Assembly (NCBI RefSeq): GCF_009914755.1
Contig: NC_060947.1
Origin: the human T2T-CHM13v2.0 reference genome, Homo sapiens
Direction: 5' to 3' (one strand)
Length of the DNA stretch: 64,000 nucleotides
Shown: positions 14,944 through 25,691 of the stretch, piece after piece
How positions within the stretch are numbered: position 1 is the first letter of the stretch
Layout: each line of letters starts with the position of its first letter
Notes under the pieces: model-generated
The model's database searches: none
What the model was told of the DNA's origin: nothing
Seen by the model: the letters and a program-made list of their open reading frames with translations, nothing else
Program-made: the position numbers and the translations under genes

Positions 14944-15300
14944 GCATGCAAACATTTAAAACCTTTAAGCGCATACAGCACACCAGGGAGACTACTATTA
15001 TGACTATTGGGAGGATAATACTAAGAGTTTGGAGTATGCTTTTTACCCAAGATCCTCATAAACCAAACCTTCTAAAATTAAACAGATTAAAGAATGAGCT
15101 AGATAAAGAGTTTGCTCACCTAACTAAGCAGACTCTATTAGTCACCTACCACTGAATTCCTATAATTTTAATTTGATGTATATTTCCATAGGCTACAAGT
15201 GCCAGCAGCTGCACAGGTACTTTTCTGTATATCCAATTCTATTATTTACCCTAACTTTTACAAGAGACTTTAAAGTCTGTTGTGTAACTGTAGCCTTTAC
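14944..15300 (-). pseudogene. env: Env TM relic in the MER61 internal region
   Basis: Manual translation: QQTLKSLVKVRVNNRIGY / STCAAAGTCSLW / SFFNLFNFRRFGL*GSWVKSILQTLSIILPIVIIVVSLVCC. Confidence 0.7.
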
Positions 15301-18300
15301 AGTAGAATTTATCATGAGGGATACATACAGAACCTATCATGAGGGATACATTTTTTAACAATGCTTCTTTACTTTAAACCATGGAAAAAGGACCTACAAA
15401 TGATGCCCTTTTAAAAAAGTGAAGGTGTTCTGGCAGTGTTCTGGCAATGTTCTTTTTAACCCATGATGTGGGTTAAGAGGAGTGAAACAATGCTTTGTTT
15501 TTGACTGATTTTGAGGCAACACATGTACCATTAAAGTTTTTGTTACATACATTGGGCCTTCATTTTTTATTTATCAAAGTATAAGTTTATCCATGTGTAA
15601 GGCTGGCTGCAAACCACTTTACAATTAAAAGTATACCCCCCAAGTGCACACAACAGACCCCTTTTCCACTTCTATTTTTTATGGAAGTATAAACAAGAAA
15701 AAAATTCAAAGATAAGAGTTTTTTGATAGTAAAAGTTTTAATCATCTGTGAACTTAGGAAAAGTTATTCACATCAAAGGTGCCATTTTCTTCTTGGGAGA
15801 AATTTCCCTGGTTAGCTTTATCTCAAGGTTTCCAATGGGTGCACAGTTCCAAAAGTGTGGAGGGATACTTCTCATTTGTGAGACCATGAATCCAAAGCCC
15901 AAGGTTTTTGAAGTTTTATTGTAGTGTGGATGACAAAGGCAGTCTTTCTCTCATGTTTCCAGAAGATTTAAAGCATAAAAAAGTTTCTTTACCTGGTGAA
16001 AACACACTGTGAGCATAATAATTTATTGTTATAACATCAGCCCTCTTGCATAGGAAAGCTTTTATACAACCAGATAACATGCACAGAAAATAAAAATTGA
16101 ATGAAATCCCTTTATAAAATGTATAAATGACCCATCAGGTGACCAAAGGTACCTGAAGCTTTAATTGTTTTCCCAGGAATATGGGATTAAGCATTGGTTA
16201 TAAACTATTTTAAACAATTTGTAAGTTACTATACCAATGTATTTAATTTGGATCATTTTATGTTTTCCATAATGAGTCATGAAATGCAGACCTTTTAATA
16301 ATAAAACTTCAAGGACTCAGGAAGGACAAGGTGACCATCCTGGTTCTCCATGAGTCCATCCATGCTTAATTAAAATTATACTTATATCCTCTTGCATACC
16401 AGTTGTTTTTTCAAATTAGGTGCATAGCACTGAAAATAAAATTTGGTTATTTCTATGGTTTACAATAACATAACATAATAGCCATAATCATAATTGATAG
16501 CATATACTTAGACATTAGAATTTTAGAAATCCCATACAATTTTGGAACATATATTAGTATTATTCACAAAAATATAACCTAAAAATATTGAACATCATTT
16601 TGGCATTCTCATGTACCTAAACATGTTAAATAATCCTGTTTACCTCCTTTCTGGATGTTTTCAGATACCCTCTGATCCATCCAAAAAGCCAGGCATTAGG
16701 AAAGACAATTTTTAAACAAAAGTTTGATTTTGGATTTCCAGATTACCATAAATTATTTATTTTGCCAAAATGATGACTTCAGAAATTTTAAAGAAGTAAA
16801 AACCTTTAATAACCTTTTTGAATTTAATTAACGTGTTCACACGGACACCTCTTCTGCAAGATTAATTTTCACAATTTTTCCACCACTTCTTTGAACCTTC
16901 AGCTTTTTCCTATCTAATTTAAAAGAATTCTTTAACCCTAGGCAAAAATTTATATTTCCATTCCTTCTTATAACCTTTTATTAGAAAACACATTTTACTG
17001 TTTTTACATACCTTGCATGTAAATCTATTTTCAGTAGTTTTAATTACAAGTTATGATGGTAACTGCTAGCAATTTTTAGCTTTAAGATAAAATTTGGTAA
17101 GTTGGTTTAATTGTGTGCTAACTGCAGCCAAGGTTTGCCTTCTTAGTTAAGGGTGTGGTTAGTTCCATATGTCCCCAGGCCTTACCTACTGTGTAGACTG
17201 CAAGTCAAATAGTTTTTAAAACCCCAAAAGCAGTTTGTTAACTTAAAACATTCAGCAAACCTTGCATCTGACCTACACAGTTTGGTTCACCTATTTACAT
17301 TTTAATGACACCTGCATTTTACCAATAATTTTTAAAACCATCTTTATTTTCCAGAGATTACTTAAGTCACATGAACTAAATAAAAGGCATTACATTTTTC
17401 ACTTTTCTGACAAAATATTTGATTTAAGCTCTTGTTATTATTAAATCAATTAATTTAAAACTTCACAGAAGAGATTAACCAGTTTGCACAGAGAGAAAGA
17501 GGCCAGAGACTGACTGGTAAGAAATTCTTACCCTTTTGCAGGCATGCCAGGTTTCTGGGTTCTCTCTCCTTGAGTGGCCCTGGCAACCCTGCTTGACTGT
17601 ATACAAACACGTTGCTGCGAATTGAGAATATTCACATATACTTTACAAATTTTGGAGAAATTAGGCAGAGAGACAGAAATATGACTCAAATTCTGTTTGA
17701 AAGAGTACACTCAACACAGTTAAAGTAATAGGAAGCTTAAAATCCAAAAGCTTAGTTTAAGGATAAAAAGCTGGTGTGCTCCATTAATTCCTGCAGGCCC
17801 GACAAAGGTAGCTTAGGAATTCGAGATAAATTGAACGAATGATGACTTGCTGGAAATGCATAGAAACACATAACTAAAGAAAAGCCTTCCACTAAGAACT
17901 AAAAAAAATTATGGTTTTATATATATGCACACACAAGCAAAGCCACAGGAGAATAAACAGCAAACAAATGAAAACTAGAGACAAAAACAAATATGCAGGA
18001 AACCAATCCTAAATTTTCCTACTCAATTTACCTACAGGTTACAGTGTTACCTGGGGCCCTGAAAAAACCCACATAATGAATAATTCATTCCTGCTACACA
18101 ATTTAATATCCTTAAATTCACTAATATCAGCATACACCCTGTGCAATTAAGAAATTCACTTTACGCACATGACCAATAAGTACTTCAGCACTATCCATGC
18201 AAAACAGTAAACACTGTGAAGCAATGCAAGCATGTATGTGAAATTCGGCTTTACACTAAATCAAGCTTCATGCTTAGCTATATTAAAAAAAGAATTTCCA

Positions 18301-18885
18301 AACTGCCGATGTATTTTTACAATACTTTTTATTTTACTTTAATCAAGACTAAGAGTTTTAACTATGAAAATGTTAATTAGCCAAATATCTCCAATTCTCT
18401 ATCAGGTTTTAAAGAATATTTTATTATTTAAACTTTTTCCTCATTTTTCCCCTACTTAATCGTTCCTTACTACATTGTTTCATAAATAACCTTTGTAAAT
18501 GTGTATTTTGAACTAACTTTTAGATAACTTCTGAATTATACAAAATTATTATTATTTTTATTTACTAATAACATAACCCTTATGGCATATTTTGGATACG
18601 GAATTACATGTTAACTAAAAATTTTATCCTTAGCAACTTAAAACTTCAGTGAAACCCTAAAAAGCAAGAAATTCTTAACTATTAAAGATGGGTATTTATA
18701 GATAAGAACAATTCCACAATTTTAGAAACACTTTTCTCCATATTACAACCCTTTCTTAATTGAAAGTGTCCCTGTTATCAAATGAGTGTTAAAAATAACT
18801 TTAAGATTTTAATTTACACAAAAAGTTTACCTAAAACTTTTATCCCATTCACTGCACTTAATTTTTACTTTAACAAAGGAGACAG

Positions 18886-19120
18886 GAGACATAAATCAAC
18901 ATATGTAAAATGAACACTGGTTTGTTCAGGAAAGGCAGGGCAACTCAAGGCAGGGAGGGTCTTGGGGATTTTCCAATCATAGGTGGGAGACAAATGGTTG
19001 CATTCTTGTGAGTTTCTGATTAGCCTTTCCAAAGGAAGCAATCACTTATGCATTTATTTCAGTGAGACTTTGAATAGAATGGGAGGCAGACTGACCCTAA
19101 GCAGCTCCCAGCTTGAATTA
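18886..19120. mobile_element. MER4A-like LTR fragment embedded in MER61 internal sequence
   Basis: ggagacaggagacataaatcaacatatgtaaaatgaacactgg...gagacaaatggttgcattcttgtgagtttctgattagcctttccaaagg...gactttgaatagaatgggaggcag matches the recalled MER4A LTR body; no LTR termini or TSD. Confidence 0.7.
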
Positions 19121-20444
19121 ACACTGACATTTGAAAATACCTAGGAAAGACAATGATAAAATACAGAAAAAACTTATGCTGACAATTCTGAAGGCATTTC
19201 TATTTTTATTCCGCCAAAAATTTTAAAGCTAGCTTGTTTAATAACGTTATACTTTAACTCATGTGAACTTGAAAATTGTTTAGACTTTTTACTTCATTTG
19301 TGAGCACTCTTTCACTTATAAGTTAATTTAGTAGATGAACATATGACAATAAGTATACATAAGAATAAACATATCTAGACATGTATACACACACATAAAT
19401 GAAGACCCAATAGCTTGGAACTTTAGCCATGAGATCCAATACAATCTTGCCGGTTTTACTTTGCCCAGTAGATAATCTAAGGAAGGCTATGAACTAAAAT
19501 TTTCGGGTAAAGCAGTCTCCATGGAAGTTGATTTTTAAAGGCTAAACCTCCTCAAGGAGCACTGGGGTCAAACATTGCCAAAAGAGGGTGTTACACGTTA
19601 ACCAGGCCGCCTTCTTAGAACAACAACACAAAAGCCTGGATACATGCAACACCATCCAACTTTCTGCTTAGAGAGCAAACTTCAGATTCTAAACAATTTT
19701 GGGGCCAAGCAGCATTGTAACTGTGAGAAAAGATTCCAAGGACGGTTTAATACTAGACCTCGGAACCTCTGCCAAGGGGAGAGTGAGGACAGTTTGGACA
19801 GTTTGAGGTCCACAGAACTCATGGAGTGTCCTCCTGTGGGGTTCAATCTTAGAGTTCCAGACGTCTCTGGCTTAGGTGGGTGCACCACAGGCAGGTTTTC
19901 CCTCCAAAGCATACTATGAGATTTGTAAGAATAAATAGCCATGAAATGTAATGAGAACTGGATGCTGGGTGAGCCTTTTCGTTCCTCAGCCAGTTGAGTA
20001 CAAAAAGGGAAGACTTTAGCGTATGAAAATAAGGTTTCAGTTGCCTGAAACAGGTGTGAGTTTGCTCCGAGATGCACTGCATGTAAAGATCAGGGACCAC
20101 AGGTAAAAAAGATTTTTTTAAATCCTTCCTCCTTCAAGGCAGGGGACTATTTTCATTCGTTCCTAGGCCTTCAGGCAATACCGGGTAGTGGCACCAGTCA
20201 ATTGCCCTTAATTTCCAATGAACTACTAGGAAACAGCCACTGAAAGACTGAAAAAGAAAGAAAAAAAGAAACACAAAACTTGAAAAAGACCCTGGTCCCT
20301 TAAGCGAATGGGGTGGTGGCAGTCAGGCTTCTCCACACGGAAACCTTTTAGTTTCACTGGCCGTGGCGAGAAACCTGAAGTTTCTTCCATATTTAGGCAC
20401 TGCCCACGAAGGGTCCCAAGTTGGAAAAGGGGAGAGAGAGGGAG

Positions 20445-20492
20445 AGGGGGAGGGGGAGGGGGAGGGGGAGGGGGAGGGGGAGGGGGAGGGGG
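20445..20492 (+). repeat. Perfect (AGGGGG)8 repeat, G-quadruplex-capable
   Basis: Eight exact hexamer units, directly visible. Confidence 0.97.
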
Positions 20493-20553
20493 CTTCTATG
20501 GAGCAGAAAGGAAAGGGAGAAAAATGAATCTTAAACTTTGGGCTTACCTCTTT

Positions 20554-20571
20554 CTCCTGGCTAGCTCACCA
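20554..20571 (-). promoter_or_regulatory. Primer-binding site, tRNA-Arg type, followed by a splice donor
   Basis: TGGTGAGCTAGCCAGGAG versus TGGCGAGCCAGCCAGGAG expected for tRNA-Arg(ACG) (16/18); AG|GTAAG at 20549-20543. Confidence 0.85.
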
Positions 20572-20576
20572 AAATA

Positions 20577-20936
20577 TGTTAACAGTGTAGGATGTCCAGG
20601 TTCTTGGCATCTTGAACAAAGAATTGGACAAAATGCACAAGCAAACACAGCAAGGAAAGAATGAAGGGTTTTATTGAAAATGAAAGTACACTCCACAGTG
20701 TGGGAGTGGGCCTGAGCATAGGGGATCAAAGACCCTGTTACAGAATTTTTGGGAGTTTGAATACCCCCTAGAGGATTTCACTGGTTACTTGGGGTACACC
20801 CTATGTAAATGGAGAGTATCAATACAGTTACAAAGTTATTTAGATTGTTAGCCCTAAGGAGAGGATATTTCCTGTCAGAGCTGAAGCATGAATTGTCCTT
20901 ACGTTCCCTGCTTTCAGACCCTATTTTCCTGCCTCA
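20577..20936 (-). mobile_element. MER61A-like 5' LTR
   Basis: TG...CA termini (tgaggcaggaaaatagggtctg...ttaaca), minus-strand AATAAA near 20673, adjacent to the PBS. Confidence 0.92.
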
Positions 20937-21943
20937 GTCTTACCTGACCAGTTAACTCCCAAGAATTTGGCAGACAATCCAGGCCTTTGGACCTTGGATT
21001 CATTGACAGCCCATCACATGTTGCCAAATGTTGTCGTAAGAGGGGTGCAGTCACCTCTAAATCTGCAAGAGAATTAGAGGTTAACATAATGTCATCAATA
21101 TAATGGAATAGGTGGACCTCCTTTGGACATTTCCAAGCAGCTAAATCTGTGGCAGCAAGACCATGACATATGGTGGGGCTATGCATGTAGCCCTGCGGCA
21201 GCATTGTGAAAGTTCATTGTCACCCTTCCCATGTGAAGGCAAACTGTTCCTGGCTCTCTGGAGCAATGTCAGTTGAGAATAATGCACTGGCCAAGTCCAC
21301 CACATAGTGGTACTGTCCCAATTACTTCATCAAGCAGTCCATCAAATCCATGATAGATAGTACAGCTGCATGTAAAGGGAGTGTTACTTTATTTGGTTCT
21401 TAATAATCCACCATCATTTGCCAAGTTCCATCAGGCTTTCTGACTGAACATACCAGAAAATTGTAGGGATTTTGGGTGCTGTGCACTATCTGCACCTCCT
21501 CTAACTTTTTAATAGTCTCAATTATCTCCATATCTGGCAAGTGGTATTGATGGATGGAAGTAACCCATTGGGGTTGTGGCAGGAACAGAGGCTTGTGATG
21601 CATATGTCCACGCAGTACCAGCTCAACCACATGTACTTGGAGACTGAATTCTCCAGTTGTGGATTGTAAAGTCAAGCTATGTAAAATAGCCAACCCCAGA
21701 ATCTATTCAGGTATGGGAGAGACATAAACAGTGTATACAATGTTTATACATTTGGGGAGCCAAGAGGCTGATACCAAGGTGCAAAGATACAGGTTTCATG
21801 TTCACTGACTGGCTTCCATAGCCATCTATGTATGCAGCCTTGCCCAGAAATTTATCCGGGTTACCATAGATGAGGTAATCTGTGCCAGTGTCTACCAGTG
21901 CCAGCACCTGTTGTACATTGGTGGGGGACCAGTGGATTGCCAA
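20937..21943 (-). pseudogene. pol: HERV-S protease and RT N-terminal/catalytic part
   Basis: LALVDTGTD; VRKPDGTWQMMVDY; LPQGYMHSPTICHG...HYIDDIML. Confidence 0.92.
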
Positions 21944-22049
21944 TTCTACACATGGCCTCCAGTCATCTGGGTCCCCTCAAGCTGGGCACCTCAGCCAGTT
22001 CCCTAATCAAACATAAAATGCTCTATACCGCTGCCTGTCTGCAAGTAGT

Positions 22050-23390
22050 CCTTGACCTACAGCCTCCGGGCAGGACTGGATCGAGCAACAGCAACCTGCC
22101 CCCTCTTGGGCATTTTCCATAATTGCTGCTCCAGGGACAATTGCCTCCACAAAGTTAACAGCACTTCATTGGGTTGCTTATCAATTTTCTCTCAGTCAAC
22201 CTCAGCTAAAATCAAATCAATCCACATCTGCGTGTGAGTCACCTAATGGGGCCCCTTGCTGTCCTGTGAGGTGGCGGCCCTGCCGAAGGGGTGCCTTTTC
22301 CTTTTTTATGGTATGGACTCCCCAGTCCTGCTGACAGCTTTCTGCTTCCCTGAGGACCGCAATGGCAGTAGTCACCTCATGTATATGGTGCCCCACATAT
22401 GAGTGAGGACAGCGGCCAGGGAGCCGAAGGCACTTGGGGCCTCATTGCCCAACACAAGTTCCCTTATGTGGGTGATAAAACGTTCATCATCTGGCCCTCA
22501 GGTATTCAGATCAGACATAGCCTGCCACATTCTGATCTCCCGAATTACTTGCACCAAATCTGTATATGACTGCCATTTACTCACAGTTTCTGGTATTTCT
22601 CCAGCATTGTTCTATACCGTTTGTATGGCTGCCATTAGCCATTCAATTAGGGTGTGGTTGCCTTGCCCCTGTGCTAACCACCTGTTCACCTGCAATCACA
22701 GGTGGAGGGAGGTGTTCATAATGGAGGCCAACTTTTCCATTTCTGAGGTGGAGCATATAATTCTGTCAGCTTCCTCATCCCAAAGGTGAAGCATCCAGCT
22801 GAGTAGGGGTTCCCCCAAGCACCACCAACACTATTTACCTAATTTCCACAACTCAGTTGGGGTATAAGCATTGTATGACATGTGATCCATAACAGTTGGA
22901 GCTTCCTGAGCCTGCCCCTGGAACCCCAAGTGCTGTTCATGCTCTACTTTCTGACAGACCACTGGGTGAGCCCGCAATAGGCGTTCTTACTTCTTGGTAT
23001 CAGTCCAAGTAGGGGTCTTTGACTGGGATGGTCAGCCCAGGCCTGCACTAATGGCCTGGCTAGTTCTCATTCCAAGCTATGTATCTGGGACTCCAGGCAC
23101 TCTGCTTTCACCTGGAGGTCCCTTATTGTGCTGCATCCCCCAGGGACTGAGCATGCACTTCCTGTAGCACAGTCAAAAATGCCCATCCAACTCTGCCAGC
23201 AAAGGCACTCTCCTACTTGGTGCTCTGTGCTTCCAGGTGCTTCAGCATCTTCTCCATGCTTATGGGGGACCCATCCACTGCCGCCCATGTTTCCACAGGG
23301 GCCCATCCTAGAAACAAGGCTGCCACTGGGTACCACAACCCATGCTGGGGCCACATGGCTGAACCAGGATCACTGGGGGCCAAGATCTCA
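22050..23390 (-). pseudogene. gag: HERV-S gag, disrupted
   Basis: Lies between PBS and protease; fragment MWPQHGLWYPVAALFLGWAPVETWAAVDGSPISMEKMLKHLEAQ. Boundaries approximate. Confidence 0.7.
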
Positions 23391-23401
23391 CTAACCTTGG
23401 G

Positions 23402-23419
23402 ATCCTGCCATGTATGCCA
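23402..23419 (-). promoter_or_regulatory. Primer-binding site, tRNA-Ser type
   Basis: TGGCATACATGGCAGGAT, 2 nt downstream of the LTR, versus TGGCGTAGTCGGCAGGAT (14/18, partly CpG decay). Confidence 0.75.
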
Positions 23420-23421
23420 AT

Positions 23422-23755
23422 TGTCAGGTTCCAACCCAAGCTGGGGTCCAAGGGGAGTTGGTGGATGGGTGGCAGATAGCTGAAAGAACACTCAAGGGAC
23501 CATAGGCAGATGGGACATGGCTTTATTCTTCTCTCCCTCTTCTATGGAGTCAGAAGTGCAGTTATATTTTTTACAGACAGCAGTGGCTCAAAACCAGGTA
23601 TGAGCTCACACAAACAGGTTACATCAAAATGGCTCCATAAATGTGATCACATAATGCATGGGGTTGTGTGCCTGCACTTTCAACCTACTGTGTCATGCTG
23701 TACCGAATGTCTGCCTCGGCCCACTGCTGGCTGAAGCACAGCCATTTTTCTTACA
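23422..23755 (-). mobile_element. LTR18A-like 5' LTR of HERV-S
   Basis: Minus strand tgtaagaaaaatggctgtgc...ggaacctgaca, 334 bp, TG/CA termini, AATAAA near 23525. Confidence 0.88.
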
Positions 23756-24757
23756 ACCTAGATTAGTAAATCCAGTGAAAATATCCTTCAACCATGAAGT
23801 ACAAATAAAGACATTATGAGACAAATAAAATCTGAGGAATTTAACTAACACCAGACCCATCCTACAAGAAATGCTAAAGGGAGTACTTCAATCAGAAAGA
23901 AAAATACAGTGATGAGCAGCAACACATTACCTGAAGGTCCAAAACTCACTGGTAATAGTAAGTACACACAAAATCACAGAATATTATAACACTGTAACTG
24001 TAATGTGTAAACTACTCTTAAGTAAAAAGATTAAATGATGAACCAATCAAAAATAATAACTACAACAACTTTTCAAGACATAGTACAACAATATGTAAAT
24101 AGAAACAACAAAAAGTAAAAAAGCTGGGGGACAAATATATAGTATAGACTTTTTATTAGTTTTTGGTTGTTAATTTGTTTAATTATCCAAGCAGTATTAA
24201 GTTGTTATCAGCTTAAGATAATCAATTATAAGATGTAATTTGTAAGCCTCATTATACATTGAATACACAAAAAATAAGAACAAATAAATTATACCATCAG
24301 ATAAATTTGCCTTCACTAATGCAAAGACAGGAAGGAAGGAAAGAAAGAAAAGAAGACCGCAAAACAACCAGAAAATAACAAAATTGCTGGAATAAGTACT
24401 TACTTATCAATAATAACATTGAATGTAAATGCACTAAATTCTCCAATCAAAATACATAGAGTGGATGAATCAATACAAAAATGCGATACAATGATTTGTT
24501 GCCTACAAGAAACACATTTCACCTTTAAAGACACACATGGACTACAAATAAAAAGATGGAAAGTGGTATTTCATGCCAATGAAGACCAAAAAAGAGAAGG
24601 AGTAGCTATACTTATATTAGACAAAATAGATTTCAACACAAAAACTGCAAGAATAGATAAATAAGCTGATTATATAATAATAAAGTTGTCAATTCAGTAA
24701 AAGGATATACTATTTGTAAATATATATGCACCCGATACTGGAAAACCAAGATATATA
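23756..24757 (+). mobile_element. L1M fragment: ORF1 end, inter-ORF, ORF2 endonuclease start
   Basis: ORF 24419-24664 NVNALNSPIKIHRV...CCLQETHFTFKDTH; ends abruptly after atatatgcacccgatactgg. Confidence 0.9.
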
Positions 24758-25691
24758 TTGTAAAGTGAGTCAAGCAATGCCCAAGAATGCTCCAGATTAT
24801 CATATGTGCATACAAAAAATAAGAACATTTCTGTTTACATTTATTTTATGTAAAATGATAGGAAAGTAATTAATATACACATTTACCTCACTGAACTTTA
24901 CCAAGACCTTTGTCAGAGAAAAAAAAAATGTTACTTACCTCACTTAAGTATGCTGTTGGAAGAGTAGGAGTTTCCAAATATAAATGAGTTTTCAGTAGCA
25001 CCAACTCAATTTCATTTTTCTTTTCAGCAGATTATATTACTGATTACTCATGCCCACTTTCCTGTAGATTTACATATTATTTTATGTAGTTTCAGGTAAA
25101 CAAACTCTTACAAAATGTATGGGTAGATTACAAAGATTCCTACAAAGAAATTAGAAAGAAATTATTACAAAGAATTAGAATCCTACAAATAATTAGAAAT
25201 AATATAAATATTGTAAAGACACATTAACAGCGAGGAAGCAGGAAAATTGGCAATACTATTACTATTAAGACTTTATCATCAAACCATATTAAAAGGCAAA
25301 ATATAATGACTCTTAATCAGATCTTGGAAGAAATTGCTTCCAAAATAGGAATTATTGAAAAGGCTATTTGACACAGGGGTTTAAATCTGCTGTCATTAAT
25401 GAGGAATTACTCCTAGACTGTATTTCGTATTGCAATACCAGATAATCATAGTATTTAGCCATACTAATTAACAAGATATTTTCAAAATAAGCCTTTCAAT
25501 CATGACATTAACACTTCACATTTTTCCAGCAAATTTTAAAGTAATGTGATATTCCAGCATTTCACAAAGTTTCTCACTGCACATAATGCTTTTTAGAAGT
25601 TTCTTCTAAAGTTTCTATCATTAATTGTAAAACAGAAGAAGTCATATGTCATTGAGGAAACACACAAAAGTCCAGATAAAAGCAAATTTGT

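Larger units (their letters stand above)
13896..20936 (-). mobile_element. Complete MER61-type (ERV1, MER4 group) provirus
   Basis: Two LTRs of about 355 bp, Arg PBS, AT-rich internal region of about 6.3 kb, perfect 4-bp TSD gtct (13892-13895, 20937-20940). Confidence 0.92.
11408..23755 (-). mobile_element. HERV-S/HERVL18 (class III) provirus: 5' LTR, gag, pro, pol; env inverted and truncated; 3' LTR absent; interrupted by MER61
   Basis: LTR18-like LTR, tRNA-Ser PBS, protease LVDTG, RT LPQGYMHSP and YIDD, RNase H SSQWAELRAV and CTDSWAV, integrase WQIDYIGRLP. Confidence 0.9.

Noticed and set aside
15310-15351. 17-bp direct repeat tatcatgagggatacat as a TSD
   Set aside because: Only 8 nt lie between the copies; a local duplication with no inserted element.
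20308-20664. ORF with a poly-glycine run
   Set aside because: Produced by the (AGGGGG)8 repeat, antisense to an ERV leader and LTR.
20554-23419. tRNA genes suggested by tRNA-complementary 18-mers
   Set aside because: They are proviral primer-binding sites adjacent to LTRs, not full tRNA sequences.
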